Shown here in pieces: positions 60,270-64,000 of a DNA stretch of 64,000 bases. A model generated the notes under the pieces. The model saw only the letters and a list, made by a program, of their open reading frames with translations. It was not told where the DNA came from and made no database searches. Where the stretch lies: NCBI GenBank assembly GCA_964442185.1, contig CAYTWT010000009.1, positions 186-64,185 on the forward strand, written 5' to 3'. Every line of letters starts with the position of its first letter. The first letter of the stretch is position 1. The DNA is from an uncultured Acidobacteriota bacterium (GTDB taxonomy: Bacteria > Acidobacteriota > Vicinamibacteria > Fen-336). The translations under genes and the position numbers were made by a program.

Positions 60270-61261
60270 GAGCCGCGCTCGTGGCCGGCCTGCAAGCCGC
60301 CTGGCGTTGCCGCGCGCTCGTGGCCCTGTTGCTCGCCGTCAATCTCGGCGCTGCGGGCATCCTCGCCGTTCCCTTCGCCGCCGAACTCGAGCGGGAACTC
60401 TACGAAACCGAGTCCGCAGCGCAGATGGCGCGCGGCTTCGACTTCCCCTGGTGGAGCCACTGGTCCGATCAGCAGCAGGGCTATGCAGCCGCCTTCAAGC
60501 CCGACATCTTCGGCCTGGGCTTCGCGTTCCGGAACACGGACCTGCTGCTCAAGGGCGAGCTGCCGGCTCGGCTCTTCGCTCCGCCGGCTGAGGAGCCGGC
60601 CGCGAGTCGCCCGAAGCCCGAGCTGGACGGTACCATTCTCGCCCTGGGCGCCGCTTACCTGCTGCTGCAGGTCTTCTTCAGCGGCGGGATCCTGGCGGCA
60701 CTCCGCAGCCCTCGCGGCGGCTTCACTGTGCGCGGCTTTGCTCACAGCTGTGGCTTCTATTTCGGCCGGATGCTGCGCCTCTCGCTGCTGGCGCTCCTCG
60801 CCGACGCGCTGCTCTTCCGGCTGAGCGTGCCAGCGTCGGCGTGGGTCGCCGCCAGGGCCGCTGAGTCTGTCTCGGAGACGACGGCGCTCAGCTGGTGGTA
60901 CGGGCGCAGTGCCGCGCTGCTTTTCGGCATCCTCCTGATCCACATGCTCGCGGGCTACGCGCGGGCGATCACCGTGCTCGAAGAGCGCAAGAGCGCGAGC
61001 CTCGCGTTCGTCTCGGCGATCGGGTTCTGCCTCGGTCGCCTCCCCGCCGTCTTCGGGCACTATCTCTCGGTCGCACTTCTGGCGGCTGCGACGCTCGCGG
61101 CCTGGGTGGCTTTCGACGGCGCCTTCACGGTGGCCGGCTGGGGCACCCAGGCGCTCGCTTTCATGCTCATGCAGGGCTTCGTGCTCGGGCGCCTGGGCCT
61201 GCGACTGGCTCTCGCCGGCGGCCAGCTGCAGCTCTACCGAGGCGTCGGACCGTCGCAGTGA
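60266..61261 (+). CDS. hypothetical polytopic membrane protein
   Basis: ATGA overlap with the peptidase stop. Several hydrophobic helices (ALVALLLAVNLGAAGILAVPF; LALGAAYLLLQVFFSGGILAAL; ...). Confidence 0.45.
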   Translation: MRAALVAGLQAAWRCRALVALLLAVNLGAAGILAVPFAAELERELYETESAAQMARGFDFPWWSHWSDQQQGYAAAFKPDIFGLGFAFRNTDLLLKGELPARLFAPPAEEPAASRPKPELDGTILALGAAYLLLQVFFSGGILAALRSPRGGFTVRGFAHSCGFYFGRMLRLSLLALLADALLFRLSVPASAWVAARAAESVSETTALSWWYGRSAALLFGILLIHMLAGYARAITVLEERKSASLAFVSAIGFCLGRLPAVFGHYLSVALLAAATLAAWVAFDGAFTVAGWGTQALAFMLMQGFVLGRLGLRLALAGGQLQLYRGVGPSQ

Positions 61262-61749
61262 ACGTGCCTGTCGGGGAAGGGGACTTTCGGCAGGCGCTGG
61301 GCCAGTTCGCGACCGGGGTCACGATTGTCACCACGCGCGACGCCTTGGGCCAGCCGATGGGGCTCACCGTCAACGCGTTCTCGTCGGTCAGCCTGGATCC
61401 GCCCCTGGTGCTGGTCTGCATCGACAACCGCTCGGACACCCACGACGGCTTCGAGGCCTCGGGCGTCTTCGGCATCAGCGTGCTGTCGGAGGCGCAGGAG
61501 GGCTGGTCGCGGCGCTTCGGAGCGCCGGGCAGGGAGAAGTTCCAGCCGGCCGATCTGATCGTCGGCGAGACCGGTGTGGCGCTCGTGCCCGAGGCGCTGG
61601 CCCACATCGAGTGTCGCATCAGCGCGCGGCTCCCCGGCGGCGACCACACGATCTACGTCGGCGAGGTGCTGCGGCTGCACGTGAGGCCCGGACGACCGCT
61701 TCTGTATCACGCGAGCGGCTACGCCAGACTGGGCGCTTCGGGGTCGTGA
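61258..61749 (+). CDS. NAD(P)H-dependent flavin reductase (HpaC/flavin reductase-like domain)
   Basis: FRQALGQFATGVTIVTTRDALGQPMGLTVNAFSSVSLDPPLVLVCI is the flavin reductase signature. GTGA overlap. Confidence 0.75.
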   Translation: MNVPVGEGDFRQALGQFATGVTIVTTRDALGQPMGLTVNAFSSVSLDPPLVLVCIDNRSDTHDGFEASGVFGISVLSEAQEGWSRRFGAPGREKFQPADLIVGETGVALVPEALAHIECRISARLPGGDHTIYVGEVLRLHVRPGRPLLYHASGYARLGASGS

Positions 61750-63299
61750 GCGAGCTTCAGTTTCCCGAACGCTTCAACATGGCCTGGTACTTCCTCGACC
61801 GCAACCTCGAGGCAGGCCGCGGCGGCAAGACCTGCCTCTACTTCCGCGAAGAGGCCTACACGTATCGCGAGGTGCAGGCGCGCTCGAACCAGGTTGCGAA
61901 TGCCCTGCGCTCGCTCGGGATAGCGCTCGAAGATCGGGTGCTGCTGATCCTGCCCGATCGGCCCGAGTTCGCGTTCGCCTGGTTCGGGGCGGCGAAGGCC
62001 GGGGCGGTGATCGCGATGCTGAACCCGCTGCTGCCCGCAGCCGACTACGCCCACTACTTCGAGTACACGCGAGCCAAGGTGGCGATCGTGGACGCGTCGA
62101 CCCTGGACCTCTTGGATCCGCTGCGCGACTCGTTTCGTCACTTGAAGCACCTGATCGTCGTGGGCGAATCTGGCCGGCACGTCGGCTTCGACGAGGTGAC
62201 CCGGAAGGCCTCCGACTCGTTCACGAATGCCGACACGCATCGCGACGATCCGGCCATCTGGCTCTTCACCAGCGGTTCAACCGGCAAGCCCAAGGCCGCG
62301 GTCCATCTCCAGCAGGACTTGCCCTGGAACACGGAGCGCTATGCCCGGCAGGTGCTCGGGATCGGCGAAGCTGACTTGACGGTCTCGGTGCCGAAGCTGT
62401 TCTTCGGCTACGCGACCGGGACCAACCTGCTGTTTCCGTTCGCGGTGGGCGGCGCCACGGCGCTGTTCAGCGAGCGCAGCGAGCCGGCCACGCTGTTCGA
62501 CGTGATCGAGCGCTACAGGCCGACGGTCCTGACGTCCGTGCCGACGATGATCGGCGGGATGCTGAACCACCCGGCCGGGGCTGGGCGCGATCTGTCGTCT
62601 CTGCGCCTCGTCCTCTCCGCCGGAGAGGCGCTGCCTCCAGAGCTCTACCGGCGCTGGAAAGAGACCTTCGGTGTCGAGATTCTGGACGGGATCGGTTCCG
62701 CCGAGATGTTCCACATCTACATCTCGAACTACCCGGGCGAGGTAGTGCCGGGGAGTCTCGGCCGGCTCGTGCCCGGCTACGACGCGCGCATCGTCGGCCC
62801 AGAAGGCAGCGATGTAAACGAGGGCCAGGCGGGGACGCTGTGGATCAAGGGCGAGTCGGCCGCCATCCTGTACTGGCAGGCCCACGAGACGTCCAAGCAG
62901 GTGCTGCGCGGCGACTGGGTCGTGACGGGCGACCTGATGCGGCGCGACGCCCGGGGCTTTTTCTGGTACGAGGGCCGGTCGGACGACATGCTCAAAGTCG
63001 GCGGCATCTTCGTCTCCCCCCTCGAACTGGAGAATTGCCTGTTGCAGCACGAGGCGGTAGCGGAATGCGCTGTGATCGGCTATAAAGACGTCGACGGACT
63101 CGTGAAACCCAAGGCCTTCGTGGTGCTCCGGCAGCGGCAGGGCGACGACGCACTCGCCCGTGAGTTGCAGGATTTCGTGAAGCGGCGCCTGGCGCCCTTC
63201 AAGTACCCGCGGGCCGTGGCCTTCGTTCCGTCGCTCCCAAAAAACGACCGTGGGAAGATCGATCGGCGCCGGCTCGAAGCCGAAGCTTCCCCGGCATGA
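61746..63299 (+). CDS. benzoate-CoA ligase-family aryl-CoA ligase (adenylate-forming)
   Basis: FPERFNMAWYFLDRNL N-terminus typical of benzoate/4-hydroxybenzoate/2-aminobenzoate-CoA ligases. TSGSTGKPKAAV, YGxTE-like region, WVVTGDLMRRDARGFFWYEGRSDDMLKVGG, PKNDRGKIDRR. GTGA overlap with the flavin reductase. Confidence 0.8.
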   Translation: MSELQFPERFNMAWYFLDRNLEAGRGGKTCLYFREEAYTYREVQARSNQVANALRSLGIALEDRVLLILPDRPEFAFAWFGAAKAGAVIAMLNPLLPAADYAHYFEYTRAKVAIVDASTLDLLDPLRDSFRHLKHLIVVGESGRHVGFDEVTRKASDSFTNADTHRDDPAIWLFTSGSTGKPKAAVHLQQDLPWNTERYARQVLGIGEADLTVSVPKLFFGYATGTNLLFPFAVGGATALFSERSEPATLFDVIERYRPTVLTSVPTMIGGMLNHPAGAGRDLSSLRLVLSAGEALPPELYRRWKETFGVEILDGIGSAEMFHIYISNYPGEVVPGSLGRLVPGYDARIVGPEGSDVNEGQAGTLWIKGESAAILYWQAHETSKQVLRGDWVVTGDLMRRDARGFFWYEGRSDDMLKVGGIFVSPLELENCLLQHEAVAECAVIGYKDVDGLVKPKAFVVLRQRQGDDALARELQDFVKRRLAPFKYPRAVAFVPSLPKNDRGKIDRRRLEAEASPA

Positions 63300-63378
63300 G
63301 GACGCTGCCCGCCTGACGCTCTAAGGACCCCTGAAGGATTAACCGAAAGGAGAGAAGGGGCACTTCCCTTCGCTGGCC

Positions 63379-64000
63379 ATGGCCGAGAACATCGTGATGT
63401 CGGAGCTGACGTGGACGGAGATCGACGAGGCGCTCAAGGAACGGCCCGTGGGGCTGCTCCCGGTGGGTGCTGTGGAAGCGCACGGCCCGCACCTGCCCGT
63501 GTCGGCGGACACCGTGATCGCCATAGAGATGGCGCGGCGCGGCGCGGAAAAGCTGAAGGACCGCGGCATCCCGTCGTTGATCCTGCCGCCGGTGTTCTTC
63601 ACCGTCGCCGATTTCGGCGCCTCCTTCGCCGGCACGCTGAGCATTTCAGCCGAGACGGCGACCGCTCTGCTGCGCGATGTCTGCATCGCGGCCTCGAAGC
63701 GCTTCCGCTGCGTGGGTCTCGCCAACATCCACCTCGAGCCGACGCATCTCGAGTGCGTGAAAAAGGCGCTCGAGGAAGCGAACAAGGCGGGCGCCTCGGC
63801 CTGCTATGCAGACCTGACGCGCAAGCGCTGGGCCGAGCTGATGGGGCCGGTCTTCCAGCTCGGCGATCACGCCGGGGCCTGGGAGACGTCGCTGATGATG
63901 GCCGCCGCTCCGACGATGGTGCGCGAGCGCGAGCGGATCGGCCTGCCGCCGCTCGACGGTCTGCTGCCCGCCCTCAAGAAGGGCGCCAAGACGTTCGTCG
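63379..64000 (+). CDS. creatininase-family amidohydrolase (partial, runs off window end)
   Basis: RBS AAGGAGAGAAGGGG then ATG. LLPVGAVEAHGPHLPVSADTV and GLANIHLEP creatininase/mycofactocin-MftE-like motifs. Confidence 0.65.
   Translation, partial: MAENIVMSELTWTEIDEALKERPVGLLPVGAVEAHGPHLPVSADTVIAIEMARRGAEKLKDRGIPSLILPPVFFTVADFGASFAGTLSISAETATALLRDVCIAASKRFRCVGLANIHLEPTHLECVKKALEEANKAGASACYADLTRKRWAELMGPVFQLGDHAGAWETSLMMAAAPTMVRERERIGLPPLDGLLPALKKGAKTFV

Overview
This is a GC-rich (about 68-70%) bacterial chromosomal segment with roughly 60 genes, almost all tightly packed or translationally coupled. I cannot place the organism from sequence alone.

Gene content, in order along the window:
- 146-4488: a dense island of five type II toxin-antitoxin modules (PIN/VapC, two RHH-MazF pairs, AbrB-Doc, Phd-VapC) plus one degenerate paralog. 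They are flanked by diverged copies of a ~100-nt composite repeat containing a tRNA-3'-half-like piece.
- 4556-12784: a giant 2742-aa cyclic beta-1,2-glucan synthase.
- 12829-18063 (minus strand): rlmN and a Mla lipid-transport operon (mlaD-F-E) preceded by a half-size family-5 substrate-binding lipoprotein.
- 18157-21949: a Hanks-type Ser/Thr kinase coupled to an osmoprotectant ABC transporter.
- 21952-28872: M20 peptidase, aldehyde dehydrogenase, a DUF853/HerA-like NTPase and citrate synthase.
- 29168-36771: a cell-surface glycoconjugate biosynthesis cluster. It holds a Wzt/Wzm ABC exporter, a GT4 glycosyltransferase, a PPTase coupled to a standalone NRPS-like A-T-TE enzyme whose thioesterase has a Cys nucleophile, and a divergent GT2.
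- 36768-51302: a molybdenum hydroxylase S-L-M operon, bacterioferritin, a GT2/membrane/DUF2911 group, DedA, H+-pyrophosphatase, pntAB-pntB without pntAA, an APC permease and a BON-domain protein.
- 52054-63299: a 13-gene co-directional, largely start/stop-overlapping CoA-dependent catabolic operon.

Most novel observation: a bcp-type peroxiredoxin (51462-51899, minus) carries an in-frame TGA exactly at the peroxidatic Cys position, followed by an fdhF-like SECIS hairpin. That makes it a predicted selenocysteine peroxiredoxin.

No CRISPR array, rRNA, complete tRNA, transposase or integrase was found.
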